In this document: piece after piece, positions 52,994 through 62,235 of the stretch | Numbering within the stretch: the stretch's first letter is position 1 | Layout of the letters: each line of letters begins with the position of its first letter | Virus record (IMG/VR): IMGVR_UViG_3300032167_005013 | Length of the DNA stretch: 64,000 nucleotides | Source of the DNA: a virus | Taxonomy: Duplodnaviria > Heunggongvirae > Uroviricota > Caudoviricetes | Direction: 5' to 3' (one strand) | Notes under the pieces: model-generated | Told to the model about the DNA's origin: nothing | What the model saw: only the letters and a program-made list of their open reading frames with translations | Database searches by the model: none | Made by a program: the position numbers and the translations under genes

Positions 52994-53320
52994 ATGGAAA
53001 AGATTTATAAGCATCTTGGTTATTATTCCAATCTTGAAGATATTCAAAAACTTTATGATAAGACTGATGAATATGTCGTTGAGGAAATGTTACAGGGGAG
53101 GGGTTGTTTCAATGTAGCCGACTATGAAGAGCATACCGAACATTATCTTAAATGTTGCGATGCAGGATTCGTTGATATCAATAACACGAGATATGCAGTG
53201 GTAAGAGATTACGATTGGGACATATCGGACTTGGACGACCTTGACGCAGATAGTGATGAAGATAACGACCTTTACGACCGCAGCCCTTCATATATTGATG
53301 TGTATTTAGTAAAGGAATAA
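52994..53320 (+). CDS. acidic protein, paralog of 52434-52772
   Basis: KIYKHLGYYSNL...YIDVY; box at 52946. Confidence 0.7.
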   Translation: MEKIYKHLGYYSNLEDIQKLYDKTDEYVVEEMLQGRGCFNVADYEEHTEHYLKCCDAGFVDINNTRYAVVRDYDWDISDLDDLDADSDEDNDLYDRSPSYIDVYLVKE

Positions 53321-53368
53321 TAGTTTGGCACGGACTTTGCAATATAATTGAGTTATAAAACAAAAACA

Positions 53369-53938
53369 ATGGAAACATTAAAAAATGACTTTCTCCTTTA
53401 TATCTTGGAGTACGCATTTTGCGATGATACTCAAATTTCTATTATCAATGAGTATCTTGACAATCATGGCGAAAGCAGGATTTATCAGAATGATTCCGAT
53501 GGTCTTGAAGATATGCTTGAATGTACAGAGAAATCCGAGATTGTTCGTGCAATATCATTTGGTCAGTATTCTTGGACTGATAGTTATGTCAAATTCAATG
53601 GCTATGGAAACATAGAATCGTTTAACGCCTTGTGGGGTTCTGATAGCGTATGGATTGAGGATATGATTGCTTGGTTGACTGAGGGGGATAATTCGCCTCG
53701 CCTTGACCTTGTATATACAATACTTGATGCAGACGAAGTTGCTGACATTCAGCTCCATTTTGTTGAAGAACTTATGGAAATTCTCGACAATGAGGATGAA
53801 AGTAATATTAATAAATGGATTGAAGAAAAATCAATAGATTCAGAACTCATTTGCAGAGAGAATTGGAACGACTTGATTGCCAATTACAAGGAATGGAAAA
53901 AAGTTGATAATTGGCTAAAAGAGAATGGCAATGAGTAA
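53369..53938 (+). CDS. acidic phage protein (FNGYGN motif)
   Basis: Box at 53326. Confidence 0.65.
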   Translation: METLKNDFLLYILEYAFCDDTQISIINEYLDNHGESRIYQNDSDGLEDMLECTEKSEIVRAISFGQYSWTDSYVKFNGYGNIESFNALWGSDSVWIEDMIAWLTEGDNSPRLDLVYTILDADEVADIQLHFVEELMEILDNEDESNINKWIEEKSIDSELICRENWNDLIANYKEWKKVDNWLKENGNE

Positions 53939-54086
53939 GAAAAGAGATTTTGAAACCGATTATGTAAAGGCGGTAAAAAAGATAATGCGTGAAGAAGTCG
54001 GACTTACACCTACAAAGGTGGAGAAAAGCAAAAAGGCTTATAACCGACAGAAAAGCAAACGCATTGATGACAACGACATTTCATAG
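53931..54086 (+). CDS. 51-aa basic peptide (not in the ORF track)
   Basis: MSKKRDFETDYVKAVKKIMREEVGLTPTKVEKSKKAYNRQKSKRIDDNDIS; overlaps the upstream stop codon. Confidence 0.55.
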   Translation: MSKKRDFETDYVKAVKKIMREEVGLTPTKVEKSKKAYNRQKSKRIDDNDIS

Positions 54087-54428
54087 TTCATTATTTCCTT
54101 TATTAATTATTTATTTTTTACTAATTAAACACTATTTTCCTTATATAAGGCACCACTTGTTTTGTAAGTGGATAACAGTTATTTAAACTAATATCGGACG
54201 GAGGTCCAATCACCCCGTATCGAAACCATCCTTACGGGCAGGCATCAGTCAACATGCCAATCGGCACCTTTCTAACAAGGTAGTGCCAAGTGCCCTCCTT
54301 TAGGGGGCGTAGTTGACAGTGTTTTATATTGGTTGGAATTGGGGAGATTGCTAAAATTTCCCCTTTTCTTTTTAACACTTTGGCACAGATGTTGCAGTAT
54401 GTAGGAATGTAATATAAACAATTTTGAT

Positions 54429-54644
54429 ATGGAAAAGATTGCTAAGGATTTGGCGTTTTGCCCTATGCTGAGGGTGGTAATCCCAAAGGGTACAACAAAC
54501 GGATGGTCTGAAGAAGAATTTGCTGAACTGACCGCAAGAGAAAAATTGCAGAGTTGGACAAAATCTGAAATTATTGATTGGGTTATGGAAAACCTTGAAG
54601 ATATTTTCGAAAGCCCGGAAACATTCGATAAGGATTATGACTAA
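54429..54644 (+). CDS. small acidic protein
   Basis: Box at 54381. Confidence 0.6.
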   Translation: MEKIAKDLAFCPMLRVVIPKGTTNGWSEEEFAELTAREKLQSWTKSEIIDWVMENLEDIFESPETFDKDYD

Positions 54645-54671
54645 AATATAAACCAATTAAAAACCAAGAAC

Positions 54672-55010
54672 ATGAGAAAGTTTGTAAATTTCTATGATAA
54701 ACTCAGTGCAATACACCAAGAACTTGTTCTTGAGATTGTAGAATGTTTCAAGGAAAATAATGTTTCAAAAATCAGCATTGCTGATGATGATTGCCCTCTT
54801 ATTCTGAATATGTTTGATGAATGGGGTGAGAGTGGTATCAATGAAACCATTACCGACATTGAGGTCGAAACTTATGAGAGCGGAATGGTGGTAATCAAAC
54901 TTTATAAGAATAATTCAGAAACATTCTTTGAACTTGATGATTGTACTGACGGCAACGCACTTCTCTATGTATATGAATATGTTTTTAGACATTTTTATGG
55001 AGAAGAATAG
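54672..55010 (+). CDS. hypothetical acidic protein
   Basis: AACCAATTAAAA leader upstream. Confidence 0.6.
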   Translation: MRKFVNFYDKLSAIHQELVLEIVECFKENNVSKISIADDDCPLILNMFDEWGESGINETITDIEVETYESGMVVIKLYKNNSETFFELDDCTDGNALLYVYEYVFRHFYGEE

Positions 55011-55082
55011 TTTAAGAAAAAACTGACTTTGGCACGGAACTTGCAATAAGATAGGATGTAAACCAATAAAAACACAGAGAAT

Positions 55083-55570
55083 ATGAGCAATTTTAGACAG
55101 ACACTTTTCGAGAGAGGATGTTACACAGAAGAAGATTACAAGGACTATTGCCTTGATAATGACTTGGAGTACGATGAAACCGATGATAGTAAATACTATG
55201 ATTGGGTTGCAAGACAAGAGGAATGGGATTTTGACGATATGCTTGACAACTGCAAGTATTCAAAATACAAGAACTATTCCGTACTTGTTGAGGTAGTGTG
55301 GGAACATGGAGAGGCAGGTTTGAGCATGACCAAGCGGTTTTCGACAGTTTCGAGGATGCGATTTATGCTTGCATTGGCAGGTCGTGTGAGATTGACAAGG
55401 TTGAGAGAATTGGCAATAGGATTGAGGTTGTTGCAATCCACCACGATGGAAGAAACTACCATACACTTTATTTCCTTACTCCTTGCGGAGAATATAGATT
55501 TGAAAAGAATGGTCATGTTTCTCCGAGAAACAGAGAAAACATTGTACCACTTGACAAGTATGTATGGTAA
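55083..55570 (+). pseudogene. frameshifted gene (or sequencing error) at ~55291
   Basis: Adding one G in GAGGTAGT joins ...SVLVE to GSVGTWRGRFE... of ORF 55298-55570. Confidence 0.6.
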
Positions 55571-55622
55571 TTAACAAAGGTACTCGAAAGAGTACCTATA
55601 TAAAAACAATCAAATAAAAATC

Positions 55623-55976
55623 ATGAACGCACTCTACAAAAATTTCAAGGATATTTCAGAGCAGGCAAAGTTGTTGGAAACACAAAGACTCAATGCTTTC
55701 AAGCAGATAATCAAAGAGGCAAGCCAAGACACTTTATATGGTTGTGTCAGGTTTGATAACGAAGATGATGATGACCTTAACGCACATCAGTTTTATGACA
55801 ACCAACTCGAAACCTATCAGACTATTATAGGTATAAGGGTAAGTCAGAACAACAACATTGAAATTTGTGTCTATGAAGATTTTGACGGGGATTTCCATAA
55901 TAAACGAAATTGGTTTAATCCTTTCCTTTACGGCACTTTTGATATGGATAATCTTCTTTCTTTAATGTTCGATTAA
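55623..55976 (+). CDS. hypothetical protein
   Basis: 117-aa ORF. Confidence 0.6.
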   Translation: MNALYKNFKDISEQAKLLETQRLNAFKQIIKEASQDTLYGCVRFDNEDDDDLNAHQFYDNQLETYQTIIGIRVSQNNNIEICVYEDFDGDFHNKRNWFNPFLYGTFDMDNLLSLMFD

Positions 55977-56033
55977 ACCACTTTGGCACGAAAGTTGCTA
56001 TAATAATAATTGTAAACCAAATAAAAGAAGCTT

Positions 56034-56813
56034 ATGACAAATGAATTTATTACCATGATTTTGGATAGTGCGAGGAACATTGCACATGACAGAAATGGAT
56101 TCTATGAGACACTTAAAAAGAATCTTGAGGGAATGTACGATGATTTCGTTGACGAAGCAAAGAAAAAACAGAAAGAATATGTATATAATCGTATCCTTTC
56201 ATACGATTATCTTCCAACAACCACACTCCTCGACACTTATGTTCTTGGTATTATCGAAACCAAATACGATTTGTTTCAAGGCGTTGATTGGAATGTAATG
56301 GAAGTCCTGTCAGAAATTACAGAGAACGCAACAAACTACTTCGTGGGTAAGTTCGGCCTTAATGAAGTTGAAAAGGCGGTATTCTATCAGTGGCTTGGCA
56401 ATGCAGATGATTATACCAACGAATATACCATCATTGATAATCTTGGATTCCCTCATGGGGACAAGTCGCATCCCGACCTTTATAGGATGTATAAGGAATG
56501 TTTCGGTAAGGATTTCAAGGTAGAGGGAGATGATGATGTAACAGATGATTTCGTTATCACCAATTACCCAAACAGACGCACTGAACTTACCGCAACAATC
56601 AATACCAACTTCGCAATGCTTTTTGCAGTCCTCAACACACATACATATAATGGGGACATGGGAGTTACCATTGAAAGTTGTTCAAGTCCATTGGCTTTGA
56701 AAGAACTTGGATTCTCCGATAGTGAATGTGCGACAATCGCAAAACTTAAGATTGGAGAAAGTTGTATGTCGGAAGACTATGGCAATGGAGTGGTTGTCGT
56801 AAGAATGGCATAA
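56034..56813 (+). CDS. hypothetical protein
   Basis: Box at 55984. Confidence 0.7.
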   Translation: MTNEFITMILDSARNIAHDRNGFYETLKKNLEGMYDDFVDEAKKKQKEYVYNRILSYDYLPTTTLLDTYVLGIIETKYDLFQGVDWNVMEVLSEITENATNYFVGKFGLNEVEKAVFYQWLGNADDYTNEYTIIDNLGFPHGDKSHPDLYRMYKECFGKDFKVEGDDDVTDDFVITNYPNRRTELTATINTNFAMLFAVLNTHTYNGDMGVTIESCSSPLALKELGFSDSECATIAKLKIGESCMSEDYGNGVVVVRMA

Positions 56814-56943
56814 AATAAGGGAAATAAGTACTCAAATGAGTACTTATCCCTTGACAATAAATCAATTCATTGATATATTTATATAGGTAAATTTGGTAAT
56901 TAAAATACTAATTCCTATATTTGCAATATAAATATAACATATT

Positions 56944-57438
56944 ATGACGCAAGAAAATTGCATAGTATTAACCGCTTATAATAAAGGATATCGAGTTGAT
57001 GAATTTGGTAATGTTTGGTTTAATGGTAGGCAACGCAAACTAACGGCAGGAGGTTCCAATCCAAATAGAAAATACTACAAATTTTGCATAAGATTTGATA
57101 ATGGTAAGCCTAAAAATGTAAAAGTTCATAAACTTCAGGCTTATCAAAAATATGGTGAAAAAATGTTTGAAGAAGGTATTGTTGTTCGACATTTGAATGA
57201 TGACCCTCTTGACAATTCTTATGAAAATATAGCAATTGGAACAATATCAGATAATATGTTTGATATGCCCGAAGAAAAACGGAAAAAACTTGCTAAGCAC
57301 GCAACATCATTTCTAATAAAATATGATGCTGAAAAAATAAAAGAATTTTATGAAGAATGCCGTTCATATAAAAAGACTATGGAATATTTTGGTATTCCAT
57401 CACGAGGAACGCTTCATCATATAATTCATAATAGATAA
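56944..57438 (+). CDS. HNH homing endonuclease
   Basis: KVHKL..VVRHLNDDPLDNSYENI..SDN; directly upstream of tRNA-Glu. Confidence 0.8.
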   Translation: MTQENCIVLTAYNKGYRVDEFGNVWFNGRQRKLTAGGSNPNRKYYKFCIRFDNGKPKNVKVHKLQAYQKYGEKMFEEGIVVRHLNDDPLDNSYENIAIGTISDNMFDMPEEKRKKLAKHATSFLIKYDAEKIKEFYEECRSYKKTMEYFGIPSRGTLHHIIHNR

Positions 57439-57442
57439 AAGC

Positions 57443-57517
57443 GGTCGGTTGGTGTAGAAGTTAGCACGATGCCCTTTCACGGCATAGACAGCGGAGCGTT
57501 ACCGCTACCGACTACCA
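57443..57517 (+). tRNA. tRNA-Glu(TTC)
   Basis: Cloverleaf GGTCGGT/ACCGACT; anticodon arm ATGCC-CTTTCAC-GGCAT; encoded CCA; atypical T-loop. Confidence 0.85.
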
Positions 57518-57660
57518 AATAGAGATTCATCTTACATCTGTAATAAGAAGCCCGTGAGGGTGCATAGTGTTTTTAATTTGGTTTTAATCGTGGGTCGGGG
57601 TTATTTTCTCCGACCTTTTTCTTTATTATTTCCCCCTTTATTGTTATTTTAATAAAAAAC

Positions 57661-57936
57661 ATGAAGAAGAGATTTGTAAATGGAACTGATGTTTATGTTC
57701 ACTCCTATAAAGATTATACTGCGGTATTATATTTGAATGAGGAGAATATCATCAATTTTGCTATCGTAAATCCGGAAAACATAACGATTGCAACGGGAGA
57801 TATATTTGATGATAAACACCCTAAAGGCTTGCCAAATACTTCCTATTATAGGAAGAAAATTCAGATGGAACTTGAAGAACTTCTTGAAAATCAAGTTTTC
57901 AATCTTGAAAAAGAAATTACAAATGAGGGAGAATAA
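57661..57936 (+). CDS. hypothetical protein
   Basis: 91-aa ORF. Confidence 0.55.
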   Translation: MKKRFVNGTDVYVHSYKDYTAVLYLNEENIINFAIVNPENITIATGDIFDDKHPKGLPNTSYYRKKIQMELEELLENQVFNLEKEITNEGE

Positions 57937-58011
57937 ATTTCCCTCATTTTTTATTTGTGGCACGGACTTTGCAGTATGGTAGAATTGTAAACCAATATAA
58001 AAACGAATAAT

Positions 58012-58296
58012 ATGGAAAAATCTAAAATGACTTGGGAAGAATACAAGAACTTCAAAGAAGATGGGGACACATCTTACAATGAGTTTGATAAATGCCATGA
58101 TAAAGGCAATGACATTCTGTCAGATATTAGAGAACTCCTTGAAATGGCACAGAATTACAATGTAAATGAAAGTGCTATTGATTGCCTTGATGTGGCACTC
58201 GAAGAAATGCAGAAATTCTGTAATAATATGATGGATTGCAAATGTAATCATTTTGAGGCTTACAAGAAAAGACTTGGCACGATTGTTGAAGTATAA
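58012..58296 (+). CDS. hypothetical protein
   Basis: Box at 57958. Confidence 0.6.
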   Translation: MEKSKMTWEEYKNFKEDGDTSYNEFDKCHDKGNDILSDIRELLEMAQNYNVNESAIDCLDVALEEMQKFCNNMMDCKCNHFEAYKKRLGTIVEV

Positions 58297-58328
58297 TCGA
58301 ATTGTAGAAACCAATTAAAAACAAATAT

Positions 58329-58727
58329 ATGAAACATAAGATTTTATCAGTCTATAATGACTATTACGAAATCAAAGAATTCCTTTTCAAGTACGACTTC
58401 ATATCAGAGGAACAATTCAATGATGATGAATATGACCTATTGGTATGGTTGGAAGGAGATTGTGATAGGATGGATTTTGATGGTAACGAAATCTTTTTTT
58501 CCCATTTCCATTCCGATTATGTATGGGATGGTTGTCAGGTCGTTATCTGTACTGCTGATGGTCGTGATGAACTTGACGAAATCCTTGAATTTTATGAGGG
58601 TGAGAGTTGGGTTATGGTCGATGATGATATAGACATTGATGCGTTTCTTGAAAGCGATGAAGATAAGGTTTTGTATCGTGGTGGGGTAGGACCTGTCTAT
58701 ACGGTATATTGTCGTAAAACCGAATAA
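58329..58727 (+). CDS. highly acidic protein
   Basis: Degenerate box at 58275. Confidence 0.65.
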   Translation: MKHKILSVYNDYYEIKEFLFKYDFISEEQFNDDEYDLLVWLEGDCDRMDFDGNEIFFSHFHSDYVWDGCQVVICTADGRDELDEILEFYEGESWVMVDDDIDIDAFLESDEDKVLYRGGVGPVYTVYCRKTE

Positions 58728-58784
58728 GTTTGGCACGGAACTTGCAGTATAAGAAAATTGTAAACTAATAAAAACATTTCAACT

Positions 58785-59468
58785 ATGTATCTTAAATATC
58801 AAGCGAAAGCACTTTACAGATTGATTGGTAATCGTGTCATTTCTTTTGACCATAAGTCTTATGATGATGCTGAGGATATACCATGTATCATTCACGATGG
58901 CAGAAGAATAAATGTATATTCAGTACAATTTATACACAATGGAGCTGCACTTTGTTGTGAACTTGACGATAAGATTTTGTGCGAGGTAACAATCAAGTTG
59001 GTTAATAATGATTGTGAGATTAGTGATGTTGAATTTGATAGGATTCTCAATATCAAATGTCTTGACCAACTTTTCCACGATATGTACTATGAGACAGATG
59101 AAAGTGGGGATATTGGGGATTATGAACTTGATTTTCTCGAACTTTATCCGGAAAACCTTGAACAATATGAGGGTCTTTCCAAGAACGAAATGCTTGCCGA
59201 CATTGCAAACACAATGAGAAACAATGCCACATCATCTTGGGCGTTTCCTGCCAATACATTCGTGCACCTTAACCTTTGGAATACTCCTACCCTAACAGAC
59301 CTTAGATTCCTCTTCATTAGAGAGTCATCAAGAGTGGATGGAGAAACAATAATTGAACTCTATTCTATTGACGATGAAAGGGATGATGAACAATATACAG
59401 ATAATCTTAAGGATTTTTCTGTTGAGGAAATAAGAACAATATATGCAATTTTCAAGAAGAATTCATAA
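58785..59468 (+). CDS. hypothetical acidic protein
   Basis: Box at 58731. Confidence 0.65.
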   Translation: MYLKYQAKALYRLIGNRVISFDHKSYDDAEDIPCIIHDGRRINVYSVQFIHNGAALCCELDDKILCEVTIKLVNNDCEISDVEFDRILNIKCLDQLFHDMYYETDESGDIGDYELDFLELYPENLEQYEGLSKNEMLADIANTMRNNATSSWAFPANTFVHLNLWNTPTLTDLRFLFIRESSRVDGETIIELYSIDDERDDEQYTDNLKDFSVEEIRTIYAIFKKNS

Positions 59469-59527
59469 GTTTGGCATAGTCCTTGCAATATAGGACTATG
59501 TTTTTAACCAATTAAAAAACCAATAAC

Positions 59528-60088
59528 ATGAAAGATGCAAAAATTAGAGCCATCAGAAGTGCAATAATCGGACTTTCTGATAATTGTGTAAAGAAGATTA
59601 TCGAAAAAGCAGGAACTGACAAGATAAAGGAACTTGCTGAATGTGTCATAGAGAACGGAACGGATAACACCAAACTTTTTAATAGTGTAAGGAGTAAGTT
59701 CATTGACTTTGTTGATGCACACACAACAATCCTCAGAACCAACATTCGTAATGTTGTCATGAATGCGGAAAGGGATTTTGTTGTTGAAGATTGGAATGTC
59801 ATTTTTGCAGACCTTTTCCCGACCACTCCATTGTATGACGATGTGGTATATGCCCTTGTGAGTGAGGTCCATGAGGATTGCACAACTGAGATTGAGACCA
59901 TTCTTTATAAGACTTGGGATAATGCGTTGCTTTCATTCAATGGCTGCAAGAGGGATGCCGAGACTTTCATGGAAAACCATGCTGATGAATATGAGGTGGA
60001 AGTTGATAATGATACCCAATATCAGGCTCAGGATAATTATTGGGAAACATATGTTGATGTCAATATAACCAAGAAAGTACTGTTTTAA
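59528..60088 (+). CDS. hypothetical protein
   Basis: Box at 59472. Confidence 0.65.
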   Translation: MKDAKIRAIRSAIIGLSDNCVKKIIEKAGTDKIKELAECVIENGTDNTKLFNSVRSKFIDFVDAHTTILRTNIRNVVMNAERDFVVEDWNVIFADLFPTTPLYDDVVYALVSEVHEDCTTEIETILYKTWDNALLSFNGCKRDAETFMENHADEYEVEVDNDTQYQAQDNYWETYVDVNITKKVLF

Positions 60089-60111
60089 GGTACTCAAATG
60101 AGTAGGTGCTT

Positions 60112-60588
60112 ATGAGAAAGAAAGATAAAATCGAAAAATATCTTGATAGACTTATCAAACTCCATAATGGACATATGAATGAGTCAACAAACTCAAGGTA
60201 TTATTTCCTAAATGGAAACACAATCAGAGTGTCTGACCATTTTGCAGTGAATAGTCCCTGCGAGGTATCCATAGTCCTTACACAAGATGGTAAGTATGTG
60301 CTGACGAACAGAAAGACACAGACAATAAGATGTATTGAATATAAGGAACTCCTCCAATTCTGCAAGACATTTCATATCACTCATATGCTAACGGGAAAGG
60401 TTGGCTCCTATGAACTTGAAATGGCAAGTATGTCCTCAATCATTTCATCAAAGGACAAGGAGATTAACCAACTGAAATCACAACTCGGGGCTTATAAAAA
60501 TATAAACCCTAATATAATCAAGCAGTACAAGAAACAGATAACTGAATTGACTAATATAGTAAAAAAATATAAGGAGGAAAAAGCATGA
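60112..60588 (+). CDS. hypothetical protein (IRVSDH motif, coiled-coil C-terminus)
   Basis: SRYY..TIRVSDH. Confidence 0.6.
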   Translation: MRKKDKIEKYLDRLIKLHNGHMNESTNSRYYFLNGNTIRVSDHFAVNSPCEVSIVLTQDGKYVLTNRKTQTIRCIEYKELLQFCKTFHITHMLTGKVGSYELEMASMSSIISSKDKEINQLKSQLGAYKNINPNIIKQYKKQITELTNIVKKYKEEKA

Positions 60589-60863
60589 CAACAATAATGT
60601 TTATATTATCTATCGCCCTTTTCGTGGTAGTTATTAGCCTTATACTCCGCATCCAACTCCTAAAGGCTGATGTTGAGTATTATAAGGGTGCATATAAAAT
60701 TGAAAGGAAATACAATGAATCAACCCATGATTCAGTTCAACAACTCGCAGACATTGCAAAAGAAGCAAATAAGAAATGTGGTGAATATCTTAATGCTCTT
60801 AAGTACGCAAACCATTTCCTCCCACCAAGAAAGAGAAAGGAAATGTGGAAATTCATAAAATAA
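60585..60863 (+). CDS. membrane-anchored small protein
   Basis: N-terminal hydrophobic helix. Confidence 0.55.
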   Translation: MTTIMFILSIALFVVVISLILRIQLLKADVEYYKGAYKIERKYNESTHDSVQQLADIAKEANKKCGEYLNALKYANHFLPPRKRKEMWKFIK

Positions 60864-60922
60864 GTACTCTTTTGAGTACATAATAGCATGATTCTTGTAG
60901 TATAATAAAAACATAATAATAT

Positions 60923-61213
60923 ATGAAAGAAAATCGTTATCCGGCCATAAGTTCATTTGATGAGATGATGGCTATCATAAAGAAAGATAAGAAAGGTGAT
61001 GAACTCGTTGTGGTTGCGGGGGCATCAACAAGAAACGATATTATCTTCAACCTACTTACTGAAGAGGATTGGAAAGTAGGTGACTCATGGGCAAATTCAT
61101 CAAAAACCAATAGGTGTTACCTTTTTGAAAACAAGAACATCACAGTTTCCATCAATAACGGTGACGACGATATCTACGAGGACATTGTCATTAACTTTAA
61201 TAATGTAGCATAA
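60923..61213 (+). CDS. hypothetical protein
   Basis: 96-aa ORF. Confidence 0.55.
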   Translation: MKENRYPAISSFDEMMAIIKKDKKGDELVVVAGASTRNDIIFNLLTEEDWKVGDSWANSSKTNRCYLFENKNITVSINNGDDDIYEDIVINFNNVA

Positions 61214-61214
61214 C

Positions 61215-61661
61215 ATGAGCACAAGAGGAAACATCGCAATTAAACTCTCCGTATCAGACAGAGAGGGGACCCTGAAGTACAACCCTGATTTTACTCCGCA
61301 GTCCCGTGTCAATGCAAACAAGTTTGACACAGTAGAGCCGCTTGGCAAACCATACCTGCAGATATATTGCCATCATGATAGTTATCCATCACACCTTGGC
61401 AAGATGCTGTTGAATCATTATAATGATTATGAAAAAGCACTTAACCTTATCCTCGCAGGAGATACAAGCGGCGTTGGTGAGAATGGAACCGATGCTTATG
61501 CAAGATATGATTATTGGGATGATGTGAAGCCTGAAATCATCGATGAACCTTATCAGGATGAACAGTATCTATATGTATATGAAGATAACCAATGGTTCAT
61601 TCAAGGAGGAGAATATCCGGTTCTTACACCACTTACAGAAGAGATAATCAATAACAAATAG
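61215..61661 (+). CDS. conserved phage protein (MSTR..IYCHHDSYP family)
   Basis: Motif recurrent in large-phage hypothetical proteins. Confidence 0.65.
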   Translation: MSTRGNIAIKLSVSDREGTLKYNPDFTPQSRVNANKFDTVEPLGKPYLQIYCHHDSYPSHLGKMLLNHYNDYEKALNLILAGDTSGVGENGTDAYARYDYWDDVKPEIIDEPYQDEQYLYVYEDNQWFIQGGEYPVLTPLTEEIINNK

Positions 61662-62062
61662 AAAAACATATGAAATGGTTCTTTTATATATTTGCTTTCC
61701 TATTAAGTTTGTTCATACCCATTGAATATCTGTGTACATCGATTTATTTGATGCTTATTGGCGTCATTTTACACCTCTCGGAAATTAAGGAACGTATCGA
61801 TACAATGGAAATAAATCTTCAAAAAGACCATCGATATATTAAAAACGATATCAAAAATTTGACTATTAAAAAATAAATTGCTATCTTTGCAAATATAGGG
61901 CCTGATATGTGTCTATATTGGCCCTGCAAGAGGCCTCCTTGGAATAGATGAACAGTGGGCTATCGTGAGGTGAGGGCGCTGCGATGGAAAAACCAAAGGG
62001 CTTGACACGGCTCAGAGATTGAAAGGTTTCAAGTATCGTGCTTTTTATTCAGTCTCATTTAC

Positions 62063-62150
62063 GGAGGGTAAACTCAGGATGGCTTGAGAACTCCCTGCTA
62101 AGCAGATTGTGCGTCCAAAAACGCATGTGGGTCGGGACCACTGCCCTCCG
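62063..62150 (+). tRNA. tRNA-Ser(GCT), atypical
   Basis: GGAGGGT/GCCCTCC acceptor, CTGCTAA loop, long variable arm TGCGT..ACGCA; imperfect anticodon stem. Confidence 0.65.
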
Positions 62151-62235
62151 CATAGTAGTACTTTATTAAATATTTTTGGTTCCAAACATACTTTTTCCGT
62201 TAATAAGATATTTATTAATAGAAAAGAATTAGAAT

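Larger units (their letters stand above)
36433..59487. promoter_or_regulatory. array of ~40 sigma54-type (-24/-12) promoters
   Basis: TGGCAY-N5-TTGCA with constant spacing, oriented towards the downstream gene or ncRNA candidate; positions listed in findings. Confidence 0.85.

Noticed and set aside
36433-59487. CRISPR array or integron attC array as an explanation for the recurring repeat
   Set aside because: The repeats are 16-bp degenerate boxes separated by whole genes; there are no cas or integrase genes, no constant spacer length and no attC-type GTTRRRY palindromes.
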